Source: a virus. Taken from it: a stretch of 64,000 nt of DNA. A model generated the notes under the pieces. It was not told the origin of the DNA, made no database searches, and saw only the letters and a list, made by a program, of their open reading frames with translations. The stretch covers positions 6,606-70,605 of the IMG/VR virus record IMGVR_UViG_3300017989_000003; one strand, written 5' to 3'. Made by a program: the position numbers and the translations under genes. Below are positions 39,757 through 48,783 of the stretch, piece by piece. Positions within the stretch are counted from its first letter, which is position 1. The number at the start of each line of letters is the position of its first letter.

Positions 39757-40257
39757 ATGTTAATTATATTTGATAAACTAGTGGATTTCCTGAAAGCTGG
39801 AGCGCTCAGTATATTTATTAAAGAGTTGCCCCCGAATGAACTACGAACTGAGGATATAATAGTTCTATGTGGGATTGTTTTGGTGTCATTGGATACGGAC
39901 ATAATAGCTAGTACGTCTGTAAGGGTAAAGATGTGCGAGGGTCTTACTAAGGAATCTGTAGTTGAAGAGCTCTCAAAATACTGGCGTATGTATCCTGGAA
40001 CTATAGTTGAATCAATGTCTGACGCTAAATCATTTACGGATGACTCTTTTTTGCTTAAGTCCGTTGAGAAAATTGACGGAGTTGAACATCTCAAAGAGAT
40101 AATTGAAACTGCGGTTAACCATATAGAAGAGAGCAAGCGAAAATCGCCACCTAAGACCTCTGCTCATGATATTGAGGAAATGCTTCGTAAAAGGAAGCAA
40201 AATAAGCTTGCGAAGTTTACTAATCCTATTAACAACAATAGACGTAATAAACCATAA
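39757..40257 (+). CDS. Hypothetical protein
   Basis: 166-aa ORF with RBS GGGGG; no motif recognised. Confidence 0.7.
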   Translation: MLIIFDKLVDFLKAGALSIFIKELPPNELRTEDIIVLCGIVLVSLDTDIIASTSVRVKMCEGLTKESVVEELSKYWRMYPGTIVESMSDAKSFTDDSFLLKSVEKIDGVEHLKEIIETAVNHIEESKRKSPPKTSAHDIEEMLRKRKQNKLAKFTNPINNNRRNKP

Positions 40258-40267
40258 GGTGTAGCAT

Positions 40268-41221
40268 ATGGCGACTCTTATAGTTGATGGAAATAATATG
40301 TGCGCAAGATTTGCACATTCATACGACTTGCTAACTTCTACTGGAAAGCTGTCGGGTGTAGTTTATGGCGTTATGTTGTTTCTTAGACGGTTTCTGAGTT
40401 CGCACAGGGAGTACGATAGGGTTATATTTGCGTTTGACTCTTCTGTACCAAAGTTTAGGTACAAATTATGCCCAGAATACAAAGCTACTAGGGCGGCTCA
40501 ACGTAAGAAGCGTAAGGAGTCAGAGCTTTTTTACTATTCATATATGGAGCAGGTAGAAATTCTTAAAGAGGTATTGCCGAAGTTGAACGTCATAGTTGCA
40601 GTACTACCGAATTTTGAAGCTGATGACGCTGTTTATAAATTGACGCGAGAAATTAAATGCGACGATGGTTTTGCCCTGTATAGCAATGACAGGGATTTTC
40701 TTCAGATGGTTTCGAAAAAGCGTAGGATTGTAGTTGTTAAGCCTGTTCATCATAGACCTATTGACGAGTTTATATCAACAAAGCCTAAATATTATTTGAT
40801 GCAAAGAGCTTTATGGGGAGATGTTTCGGATAATATTAAAGGTGTTAGTGGTATAGGGGAAAAGAGGTCTAACGAGATTATAAAAGCAATTGGCGAATCG
40901 TCTTTAAGTAAGTTTTTCAAGAATGTCGATAAGTGCCCGAAATACCGTGATAAACTCATTGAGAACGAGACTGTAATTAAAAATAATTACAGGGTTATGT
41001 CGTTGAAGTATGCATACGATAACTATTCAGGAGCTGCTATGGGTTTGTACGTGAAAGCAAGATTCTCACCAACTGGGTTTATAGAAATATGCCGCGAGTA
41101 TGAGTTAAAAAGTATGTCGCTTGAGGGTGAGATTTTCGAAAGGTTGTTGCGTGTTATGGAACATTCAATTCCTTCAGATAACTTTAAGAAAGTTAAGAAA
41201 CTTGAGCCTAGAAGAGAGTAA
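40268..41221 (+). CDS. 5'-3' exonuclease / flap endonuclease (T4 RNase H/T5 FEN-like)
   Basis: LIVDGNN, YKATR, FEADD, SNDRDFLQ and GDVSDNIKGVSGIGEK. Confidence 0.95.
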   Translation: MATLIVDGNNMCARFAHSYDLLTSTGKLSGVVYGVMLFLRRFLSSHREYDRVIFAFDSSVPKFRYKLCPEYKATRAAQRKKRKESELFYYSYMEQVEILKEVLPKLNVIVAVLPNFEADDAVYKLTREIKCDDGFALYSNDRDFLQMVSKKRRIVVVKPVHHRPIDEFISTKPKYYLMQRALWGDVSDNIKGVSGIGEKRSNEIIKAIGESSLSKFFKNVDKCPKYRDKLIENETVIKNNYRVMSLKYAYDNYSGAAMGLYVKARFSPTGFIEICREYELKSMSLEGEIFERLLRVMEHSIPSDNFKKVKKLEPRRE

Positions 41222-41399
41222 ATATGAGTGTCCATACTGTGGTTATAAGATACTACTAAGTGTTCTATTGGACGCTTGGATTGACGATATTATCGTCAAG
41301 AAGACAAAAGATGTCAAAGCTTCAACCTGGGAGATTTGTCCAGAGTGCGGCAAAGATTTCAGGATAGTGTGGAGGCTGGATAAAATTGTAAAAGGTTAA
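41202..41399 (+). CDS. Small zinc-ribbon protein
   Basis: CPYC...CPEC; the TTG start is uncertain. Confidence 0.6.
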   Translation: MSLEESKYECPYCGYKILLSVLLDAWIDDIIVKKTKDVKASTWEICPECGKDFRIVWRLDKIVKG

Positions 41400-41413
41400 C
41401 TTTGGAGGTTATT

Positions 41414-41626
41414 ATGTCACAAAAAGTACTTAAGTGTAGTAGTTGCGGTGCTGTTATAGATAGATATCAGAAATTTTGCACAAAATGTGGTGTGAGACTT
41501 GTAGCTACTGAGTCAACATTACCAGACACAAAAAAGTTGTGTCGCAAGTGTAATAAAGTTAACGAAGCTAGTGCCACTTACTGTGAGAATTGTGGTGAGG
41601 ATATCCGTGATTTGCTGATGGAGTAG
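41414..41626 (+). CDS. Double zinc-ribbon protein
   Basis: CSSC, CTKC, CRKC and CENC. RBS GGAGG. Confidence 0.8.
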   Translation: MSQKVLKCSSCGAVIDRYQKFCTKCGVRLVATESTLPDTKKLCRKCNKVNEASATYCENCGEDIRDLLME

Positions 41627-41640
41627 AACCGGAGGTTAAG

Positions 41641-41916
41641 ATGGAAAAAGATTTTACGCAAAGATTCTGGGTTTCGCATGAACACAAAAATCCATTGAAC
41701 TTACAAAAAGAAGAAATAGCAATTTTCAAGTATTTTGAAGATATGAGGGAGTGTGTTGATACGCTCCTTAAATTGGCAGAATACAAAAATCATCGTTTCG
41801 TTGTCAAAACAAAATGTCCGAATTGTCATATGATGATGGAAATTGACATTGATAACGAAACATGGATTTGCGATGAGTGCGACTGCCATTTTAGTAGTGA
41901 TTTTGATATTTATTAA
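41641..41916 (+). CDS. Hypothetical protein with a C-terminal Zn ribbon
   Basis: CPNC...CDEC. RBS GGAGG. Confidence 0.75.
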   Translation: MEKDFTQRFWVSHEHKNPLNLQKEEIAIFKYFEDMRECVDTLLKLAEYKNHRFVVKTKCPNCHMMMEIDIDNETWICDECDCHFSSDFDIY

Positions 41917-41928
41917 TCTGAGGCTAAG

Positions 41929-42273
41929 ATGTGGAAAAATTTATTGCTTACTAAATTATGGTTTCATAATAAAAATATGTGAGCTTCAAATTGTCCGTGT
42001 TTGCGGGCAGATAAAATACCTGCTGAATGTGAAGCTATTGGCGTTAATTTAGAGGACATTACAATAGACGAACAAGAAGGGTGGAAAAGAACAGATGTAT
42101 GCAAAGACAGCGAGTTGCCGTTACAGGTTTTAATTGACAGCCTTGATTTGCTATTAAACGAATGGGCTATAAACAACATGGATTACTATTGGAAAAAACA
42201 TCCTGACGATAAAGAAACGATTGAAGAAGCCAAAGTTTTATATAAACAGCTTACAAAGATTATCGGAGGTTAA
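41929..42273 (+). CDS. Cys-rich protein with an in-frame TGA at codon 18 (selenocysteine, readthrough candidate or pseudogene)
   Basis: RBS GAGG and ATG 41929, then MWKNLLLTKLWFHNKNM-TGA(41980-82)-ASNCPCLRADKIPAEC in one frame. A hairpin lies at 41992-42009. Confidence 0.55.
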
Positions 42274-42274
42274 T

Positions 42275-42847
42275 ATGGCTGATGATGTAATGAAAAAACA
42301 AGTTGGTGGTGACCATTATGTAGATTCAGAGGTACAGCCTATAGAAGTCATAATGAGTAAAAATCTAAATTTTCAGATAGGAAGTGTGGTAAAGTACATA
42401 GCGCGTCGTAACCGCAAGAATAATTCTACGGAAGACTTGAAAAAGGCTGTACACTACCTGGAATTTGAATTGCATCGTATTTCTAATCCTACAGAGTACC
42501 CAAACTTACCAGATATCATAGACGCGTGGGAACTAGATAGCGACTTAACTAAAGTTGTTGAATTACTAACGCAGGACGTGGAAGATTACGCAGTCGCACT
42601 GCGTGAGTGTATAGAACTACTTAATTCTGAGTTGAAGTACATGGAGACTATAAAATCTGTTACGTTACCGATGCAAGATGTGGCTCATTGTAAGTGCACA
42701 AAATGCCCATATAGACATACGCCAAATATGACACAGGAAGAGTTTGATAGGGAATTGGAAAATGCCATGATGGAGAAAAGTGGTTGTGTATTTCCGCTAT
42801 GTTTTACTGTAGTGGTTATCATACTTATTCTATATTGTATTTTATAA
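42275..42847 (+). CDS. DUF3310-like protein with an extra C-terminal Cys motif and hydrophobic tail
   Basis: QVGGDHY...QPIEVI...GSVVKYIAR...EDLKKAVHYL. RBS GGAGG. Confidence 0.8.
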   Translation: MADDVMKKQVGGDHYVDSEVQPIEVIMSKNLNFQIGSVVKYIARRNRKNNSTEDLKKAVHYLEFELHRISNPTEYPNLPDIIDAWELDSDLTKVVELLTQDVEDYAVALRECIELLNSELKYMETIKSVTLPMQDVAHCKCTKCPYRHTPNMTQEEFDRELENAMMEKSGCVFPLCFTVVVIILILYCIL

Positions 42848-42856
42848 AACGGAAAG

Positions 42857-43822
42857 GTGGTCGGGATGCAAAGTGAGCCAATTTTATCTATTGATGTTAT
42901 TACTGACGACGAGACTGGGTTATGGTCACGCGATATTTGCGATATGACCATAGTCACAGACAGAGTTGATAATATCCTTAGGGTTTATGGTGAAAAAGGC
43001 TTTAAGGAAATTATGGAGTTACTTGACGTAATTAAAAACTCTGTTACAGACATGTGGGAAGAGCTTAATGAACTAAATACCTCAAGTAAACTTGAATACT
43101 TATCTAAAAACGAAGAACACGTAAAAACGTTCTTGAGGTCTTTAGGCGCGGTTGAGGTTGACAGTATAGGCAAATACGGTTTCTCACACAGTGAAAGAAC
43201 GAATTCGTACATTACTTGTTGGAACCAACGCACTAAGAAACTAGATGAACCTGAGCGGCTTGTTGAAATTTACTGGCATAATGAAAAGTGTAATCAAAGC
43301 GGTGGAAGTGACGGGCATACAAACGGTATAGACATGCCTGAAATGCGGTTAATGACGCTCCGCGAATTCTATGAGATATTAGATGAGGTGGTAGAAAAAG
43401 TCAAGAAGATAGAAAAAGACGCGACGCCGCCATTTTTAGAAGAGTATAACATCATAGATGTAGACCCTCGGGGTAATGTTATTCGTTTCTACCTTGGTAA
43501 AAATGGGAGTCAATATGGTGATGACTGGAATGACGCGCCATATGAGCATAACGCTGGTCGTGTTTACTTAGAATTTGTGGTGGGTTACGTTGACGTTGCG
43601 TTTCCATTTGAGAGTCATATTGTGTATCCAGAGGAAGGTACGTATCCGCATGAAAGTGGTGCTGAGTATACTAAAAACGATATGCGAGACAGAAAAATAC
43701 ACGCTGTAGAAGTTAATTCTCATAAAATATATTTCGGGGATTACATCAACGACGATTTTAGGAACAAAACTTCTGGGTTTATTTTAAGAGTAATCAAGAA
43801 AATAGAAAATAACCGTGTATAA
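42857..43822 (+). CDS. Phage hypothetical protein
   Basis: The C-terminal FYLG...GDDWNDAPYEHNAG motif is of a type common in phage proteins of unknown function. Confidence 0.7.
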   Translation: MVGMQSEPILSIDVITDDETGLWSRDICDMTIVTDRVDNILRVYGEKGFKEIMELLDVIKNSVTDMWEELNELNTSSKLEYLSKNEEHVKTFLRSLGAVEVDSIGKYGFSHSERTNSYITCWNQRTKKLDEPERLVEIYWHNEKCNQSGGSDGHTNGIDMPEMRLMTLREFYEILDEVVEKVKKIEKDATPPFLEEYNIIDVDPRGNVIRFYLGKNGSQYGDDWNDAPYEHNAGRVYLEFVVGYVDVAFPFESHIVYPEEGTYPHESGAEYTKNDMRDRKIHAVEVNSHKIYFGDYINDDFRNKTSGFILRVIKKIENNRV

Positions 43823-43837
43823 CAGAAAGGATTTATT

Positions 43838-44158
43838 ATGAAGTTGGTAGTACTTGTGCTTGTAGTGTTTCTCACAGGTTGTCTTCCGTATAACATTAAT
43901 GTCGATAACGACATAGCGATAGCTGAGTATAAAGCAGAGCAGATGGTTAGCATAGTTACTTGTGGGCTATTACTACTTATATTGTCGATTGGGCTGATTG
44001 TCTTTATGAAAAATATAAGCGCTATTGATAAAGACGATAGGACGTTTGCTGTTACCATGACATGTGTTGTTTACGGAGCATTAGCAATACTTTTGCTTAT
44101 TGTTATTGGTATATTTACAGGCAATTACGTCGCTCCTAACATTAACTTTCGCCCATAG
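43838..44158 (+). CDS. Putative membrane lipoprotein
   Basis: Signal peptide with lipobox LTGC, plus two further hydrophobic helices. Confidence 0.65.
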   Translation: MKLVVLVLVVFLTGCLPYNINVDNDIAIAEYKAEQMVSIVTCGLLLLILSIGLIVFMKNISAIDKDDRTFAVTMTCVVYGALAILLLIVIGIFTGNYVAPNINFRP

Positions 44159-44172
44159 AAAGGAGCTTTGTA

Positions 44173-44391
44173 ATGCCTACTGATAGTAATGACAGTATCA
44201 TACTGGTATATCAAAAGAACGGTATTGTATACCCTGTTGCTCTCACAAAAGAGCAAGACGAACTCGTAAAAATGGCGTTAAGTGCTATTTTTACAAAAGG
44301 CAACGAAATTGTGGTTTGCATAGATAAACCAATAGGTATCGTAAAGGATTTGAAAATTAACAAAGATAAAATCATAAACGGTGGAGGTTAA
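44173..44391 (+). CDS. Hypothetical protein
   Basis: 72-aa ORF with RBS AAGGAG. Confidence 0.65.
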   Translation: MPTDSNDSIILVYQKNGIVYPVALTKEQDELVKMALSAIFTKGNEIVVCIDKPIGIVKDLKINKDKIINGGG

Positions 44392-44812
44392 AGTGCGAAT
44401 AGTCTACGATAAAGAAGCGGTCAGGTCTTGGGGAAATCGTCATGAGCCGGGAAATACTCCAGATGATTTAGAGAGAAAAGTCATAGAAAAATTAACTCTT
44501 ATCGGAAAGTGGATGCTCGCCGATAAAGTTATATTCCACGATTACGATAAGGGACAAGCCTACTATATTATTAAAGGCGACAAAATGCTTGTATTGTCGG
44601 CACTTTCGACGCCGATTGATGGAGGGTGGATTAACTTTGACGAAAAGGCTATTCCCGATAAATTCAAAGACCCCGCGTTTTGCCCGGATAGTATGAAATA
44701 CGTTGAAATCAACGGGGTTTATTTCAGAGAAATAGACGCAAAAACGGGGTTACCCACAGGTGAATTTTATCACGAAAAATTAGAAGAAGGAGGAAATAAT
44801 GCAACTAGTTAA
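44381..44812 (+). CDS. Hypothetical protein
   Basis: 143-aa ORF overlapping both neighbours. Confidence 0.6.
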   Translation: MEVKVRIVYDKEAVRSWGNRHEPGNTPDDLERKVIEKLTLIGKWMLADKVIFHDYDKGQAYYIIKGDKMLVLSALSTPIDGGWINFDEKAIPDKFKDPAFCPDSMKYVEINGVYFREIDAKTGLPTGEFYHEKLEEGGNNATS

Positions 44813-46418
44813 TCCAAAAGTAATCGTGTATAAAATGCACGAATTTGACGTAATCAAAAAACTCATTGAAATCAACGCTCGACGTTGTTGGCGCTCAGAG
44901 GATAGAATCGGCGAAGGTTCTGCCGACAAAATCATCAAGTTTCTTCGAGACAAAGGGCATCACGCAATGCTCGAATTCGGTGTTATTGCCGTTGAAATCA
45001 CTTGCGACCGCGGAATTAGTCATGAAATTGTGCGTCACAGACTAGCGTCTTACGCGCAACAGTCTACAAGGTACTGTGATGAGGGTAGCGAGAAAAAATT
45101 CGGTGGAGTTAATTTTATCGAGCCATTTTTCTTTGACGAATATGACGATGCTTCTGACGACGATAGAAAAGATATACAATTGCCGCATCCAATACCTGTT
45201 ACATGTATTTCGGTTGGTAGTAAAGCACCAAAAATAACTCCTTGGCATTTTGTAAATGCAGATAAAGGAAGTAAACATTCAATGACCGCGTGGGACGTGT
45301 GGTTCATATCCTGTTTATGGTCTGAGTGGGCTTACAATACACTTCGAAATGAATTTGGAGCAAAACCTCAAGAAGCGCGTGCGGTGCTTCCTAACTGCCT
45401 AAGAACTGTAATTGGAATGCAAGCATCTATTCGTGAGTGGCGTCATGTGCTCAAGCTTCGGTGCCACAAAGATGCACACCCACAAATTAGACAAGTTATG
45501 ATTCCGCTGCTTAAGTTCTTCCAAAAAGAACTGCTTGTATTATTCGAGGATATCGAATACGACGATACGTACAAAGGCGAAAAGATTCCATTACCAGAAG
45601 TCGAAGTAGTCGAGGTTTATGACGAGTTCATCTATAGTAATACGAAAGCAGCAGCATATTGCGAAATACATGACCCGCGCCCTTACGAAGAACCTTACTG
45701 TGACGACGCCGAGGAAGAGGAAGATACTGACGATGAGGATATTTCTAAGGAAGAAGTAAAATTGCATGAGAAACAAAAGTTGCGTTGTGTAGAAATTGAA
45801 TGTCCTTGGCTTGATGAAATCGGTTGCAGAAATCCAGATGGGGCAGAATGTCCAATAAGAAAGAATTTTATTATAGCAACAGTAGGTATTAAGGCGGACG
45901 AACCAACAGCAAATGGCGACATTTACCCACGTGAAGTTGTCGAGAAGATGGTTAATGACGTGAAGGATAAAACTATACTTTTGTATCCATCACAGCCTTT
46001 GGGTGTAAGTGAAGATTCACAAGAAGCTATCGGAGAAGTAGAAAAATTGGAAATTAACAATAACAATGAATTGATTATGAACTGTAAAATTCTTAAACAC
46101 AAAGATGACTTTCCTATTTCAAAATTAATTGAAGATGGGCTTGTTAAAGTCGTACCTAGTGGTGTTGGTAAGTTCGAAGTTGATTCCCAAATTGTAGAGG
46201 AGTTCCAAATAACAAGCTTTGGGGTTGTCGAAACACAACCTATGAAAGAAATGGCACCAATACCCAAAGATACGGTGAAGAAGGTCATAGACTATCTTCA
46301 AGGTATTGCAGGTTCAAGGAAGGCGAGTTTAGGCGACCATCAATCTTATGATGCTTTACTGCCTGTCAAACAAACCGACGGGTTGCTTGATGAACTTAAA
46401 CAAATATTGGAGGATTAA
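44799..46418 (+). CDS. thyX: Flavin-dependent thymidylate synthase ThyX with a C-terminal extension (acidic linker, 4-Cys motif, gp21 protease-like domain)
   Basis: GHHAMLEF, DRGISHEIVRHRLASYAQQSTRY, ARAVLPN and AHPQIR. Confidence 0.93.
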   Translation: MQLVNPKVIVYKMHEFDVIKKLIEINARRCWRSEDRIGEGSADKIIKFLRDKGHHAMLEFGVIAVEITCDRGISHEIVRHRLASYAQQSTRYCDEGSEKKFGGVNFIEPFFFDEYDDASDDDRKDIQLPHPIPVTCISVGSKAPKITPWHFVNADKGSKHSMTAWDVWFISCLWSEWAYNTLRNEFGAKPQEARAVLPNCLRTVIGMQASIREWRHVLKLRCHKDAHPQIRQVMIPLLKFFQKELLVLFEDIEYDDTYKGEKIPLPEVEVVEVYDEFIYSNTKAAAYCEIHDPRPYEEPYCDDAEEEEDTDDEDISKEEVKLHEKQKLRCVEIECPWLDEIGCRNPDGAECPIRKNFIIATVGIKADEPTANGDIYPREVVEKMVNDVKDKTILLYPSQPLGVSEDSQEAIGEVEKLEINNNNELIMNCKILKHKDDFPISKLIEDGLVKVVPSGVGKFEVDSQIVEEFQITSFGVVETQPMKEMAPIPKDTVKKVIDYLQGIAGSRKASLGDHQSYDALLPVKQTDGLLDELKQILED

Positions 46419-46419
46419 A

Positions 46420-46977
46420 ATGGGTTTATTCAAACGAAAATACAGCAAAAAATTTCGAGAAACTATTGACGCTATTATTGATGAGGGAGACAAAAAAGAC
46501 AAGCTCGAAGAAGATAACAATAGATTGCGCAGCTATGCCGCTGGGATAGAGGAAGGCGCATTAAAACTTTTTTTGGTAGATGGGATAGAATCTAATCCTA
46601 AAAAATTGGGTGGGCGGTGGTGTCTTAAAGGAACGAGATTCCCTTTATCCAGAGTGTTAGCAGAAATTTCAGATGATAACAAACTGTCTGAAATTGCAGA
46701 TGATTGTGATTTGGATTTGAAACTTCTTAAGTCAATATTTGAGGATTTAAGTGGTGCGTTGGACGAAAAACCTAACTCCGTAGCTTCTGATAATTCCAGT
46801 TCCATAGATAGCACAAAAACACAAGAAGAAATGGCACTGACGATGCTGCGTGAAGGTTACGAAAATTTCTGCATCGACTACGAAGAAAAGACAGGGCAGG
46901 CAAGACACGATTGCCCATTTACCTTTGAGGGCTACGTTGAACACCTAATCAAAACTAATTGTGGAGAAGGGGGTTAA
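46420..46977 (+). CDS. DUF433-domain protein (paralog A)
   Basis: SNPKKLGGRWCLKGTRFPLSRVL...EIADDCDL. Confidence 0.75.
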   Translation: MGLFKRKYSKKFRETIDAIIDEGDKKDKLEEDNNRLRSYAAGIEEGALKLFLVDGIESNPKKLGGRWCLKGTRFPLSRVLAEISDDNKLSEIADDCDLDLKLLKSIFEDLSGALDEKPNSVASDNSSSIDSTKTQEEMALTMLREGYENFCIDYEEKTGQARHDCPFTFEGYVEHLIKTNCGEGG

Positions 46978-46979
46978 TT

Positions 46980-48329
46980 ATGACAGTACGTGACAAGTTC
47001 AAATTCGGAAAAGTAGTTTATTGCCCTAATTGTGGTAAAGCCCACGATTACGTTGAAAGTTATTCATTCAGCGACGAACTAATGCTGGTTTACAACGTAG
47101 GTGACGAAGTTCCGTCGCATAAAAATAAGAATGTCGTTGTTAAAGAAGACATGGTTTGTTGCGGTGGTAATTTTTATGTCTATGTTGTTATCGAACACGG
47201 TATTTATGTTGGAGCTTTCGTTTGGGACGAAATGCTGTTTCAACTAAGCTACGATGAGGAAGAGTATGACACGTCAGATAGTGGTTACACCTTCGCACTT
47301 CCCGGATGCAAGTTCGATGCCGGGGTTACGTTTCGTGAGGTCGATGAATCTTTCGTCGGTATCCCTGAAGACGTCAAAGACAAACTCAATGAAGTTATTG
47401 AGAACGCCTTTGCTGATACAATTATAACTACAGCGTTAGAGGACGAACTGAAGAAGCATTTTAACGCAGTCAATATAAGAAAAGACAACAATAATTTATA
47501 CATCGACGTTCAGCCTGTAAAGTCAGCAGAATTTATAAAGACGCAGGTCGTTATAGATACCGGTTTATCGTTGGCTAATCGTATAGTATTGCCAATAGTG
47601 AGACCAATGGGTAAATTACATAAGTTAATGACGATTACTGACGACGTAAAAATCACCGCAGATGCTATTATTCTCGAAGATAACCCTACGAAAGAAACGC
47701 TCGAACGTGCTGAAAAAGAGCACAAGATGATTATAGTTCGAGTTGACGGGGATGCCCATGCGGTCTTAGAAAAACAGGAACAATTAATGCGAGAACTTGG
47801 GGAATCGAAACGTGTGGCGGTTTATACAACACCTTACGTCGAGGAAAAAGAAACCGAAGAAGTTGTTAATGAATTTTTATCACTTGGTGGTTTTACAACT
47901 AATTATAGCTGGACGCTTCACAATAATAGCATTGTTCCAAAAAGTGTGTGGATTAGGTACGACGAGTGGACGAGTCCGAAAGATGATGGAAATGGTTCAA
48001 TAAAGGACGGTTATAAGTTGGTCAAGATAGATTATGATACGGGTAGCTTATCGCTTCAAGTGTTTAATGACAAAGAAACACCTACACCGAATAAGCCTAT
48101 TTACGTTTCTTATAGTTATACCGAAACAAAGATTCGTAAAATGACCGATGAAGAGGCTAAAGAATTTTTCGTTAGCAGGCTCAACAATGAGGGTTGGGTT
48201 GCTCCTGCTGGTAAGAAATTTAATTTATCAAATATCACTGTCGTCGATTGCGATGCAATACGCAAAGGCGACGAAATGAAATCTGAAGGTCATGACAAAA
48301 TAGATTTCGAGGAGGATGACAATGAATAG
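46980..48329 (+). CDS. Mosaic protein: Zn ribbon, sheath C-terminus-like fragment and a GTIDYxTG-type domain
   Basis: CPNC...CC; NNNLYIDVQPVKSAEFIK; LHNNSIVPKSV...DDGNGSI...IDYDTGSLSL...VSYSY. Confidence 0.65.
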   Translation: MTVRDKFKFGKVVYCPNCGKAHDYVESYSFSDELMLVYNVGDEVPSHKNKNVVVKEDMVCCGGNFYVYVVIEHGIYVGAFVWDEMLFQLSYDEEEYDTSDSGYTFALPGCKFDAGVTFREVDESFVGIPEDVKDKLNEVIENAFADTIITTALEDELKKHFNAVNIRKDNNNLYIDVQPVKSAEFIKTQVVIDTGLSLANRIVLPIVRPMGKLHKLMTITDDVKITADAIILEDNPTKETLERAEKEHKMIIVRVDGDAHAVLEKQEQLMRELGESKRVAVYTTPYVEEKETEEVVNEFLSLGGFTTNYSWTLHNNSIVPKSVWIRYDEWTSPKDDGNGSIKDGYKLVKIDYDTGSLSLQVFNDKETPTPNKPIYVSYSYTETKIRKMTDEEAKEFFVSRLNNEGWVAPAGKKFNLSNITVVDCDAIRKGDEMKSEGHDKIDFEEDDNE

Positions 48330-48747
48330 AAAAGTTTATGTTGCAAGTAAGCTACGAAACAAAGAAAAAGTTGCAGAAGTCCAAGAGTTTGTTAAGTCTT
48401 TGGGTTGGTCTATTGCCTATGATTGGGCTTCAATGTCCAAGGTTAAACCCTACACCGACCACATTGGGCATTGCAATCAACGGGCAAAAGCTGAAATTGA
48501 CGCTATTGTGGACTCTAAAATATTTATACTACTTCTTCATAATGAAATCGGGAGTGGAATGTATACGGAATTCGGAGCGGCTTTAGCTTCCAGCTTACTA
48601 ACCAACAAACCTCATATTTTTGTTGTTTATGAAAACAAAGAACAGAAGAACAACTGCCTTTTCCATTTTCATCCATTTGTTCAGTGGTGTAATAGTTTAG
48701 AAAAGTTAAAGAGAGAGTTAAACAATTTGAAAGTTGCAATGGACTAG
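48316..48747 (+). CDS. Nucleoside 2-deoxyribosyltransferase-like protein
   Basis: VYVAS, YDW, EIDAIVDSKIFILL and GSGMYTEFGAALA. Confidence 0.75.
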   Translation: MTMNRKVYVASKLRNKEKVAEVQEFVKSLGWSIAYDWASMSKVKPYTDHIGHCNQRAKAEIDAIVDSKIFILLLHNEIGSGMYTEFGAALASSLLTNKPHIFVVYENKEQKNNCLFHFHPFVQWCNSLEKLKRELNNLKVAMD

Positions 48748-48783
48748 GGCAACTAATCCCAATTGTAGAGAAAGGAGCTGGTT

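Noticed and set aside
47570-47620. NRIVLPIVR resembling the PxVRR motif of major capsid proteins inside the mosaic ORF
   Set aside because: The match is too short to support without a profile search.
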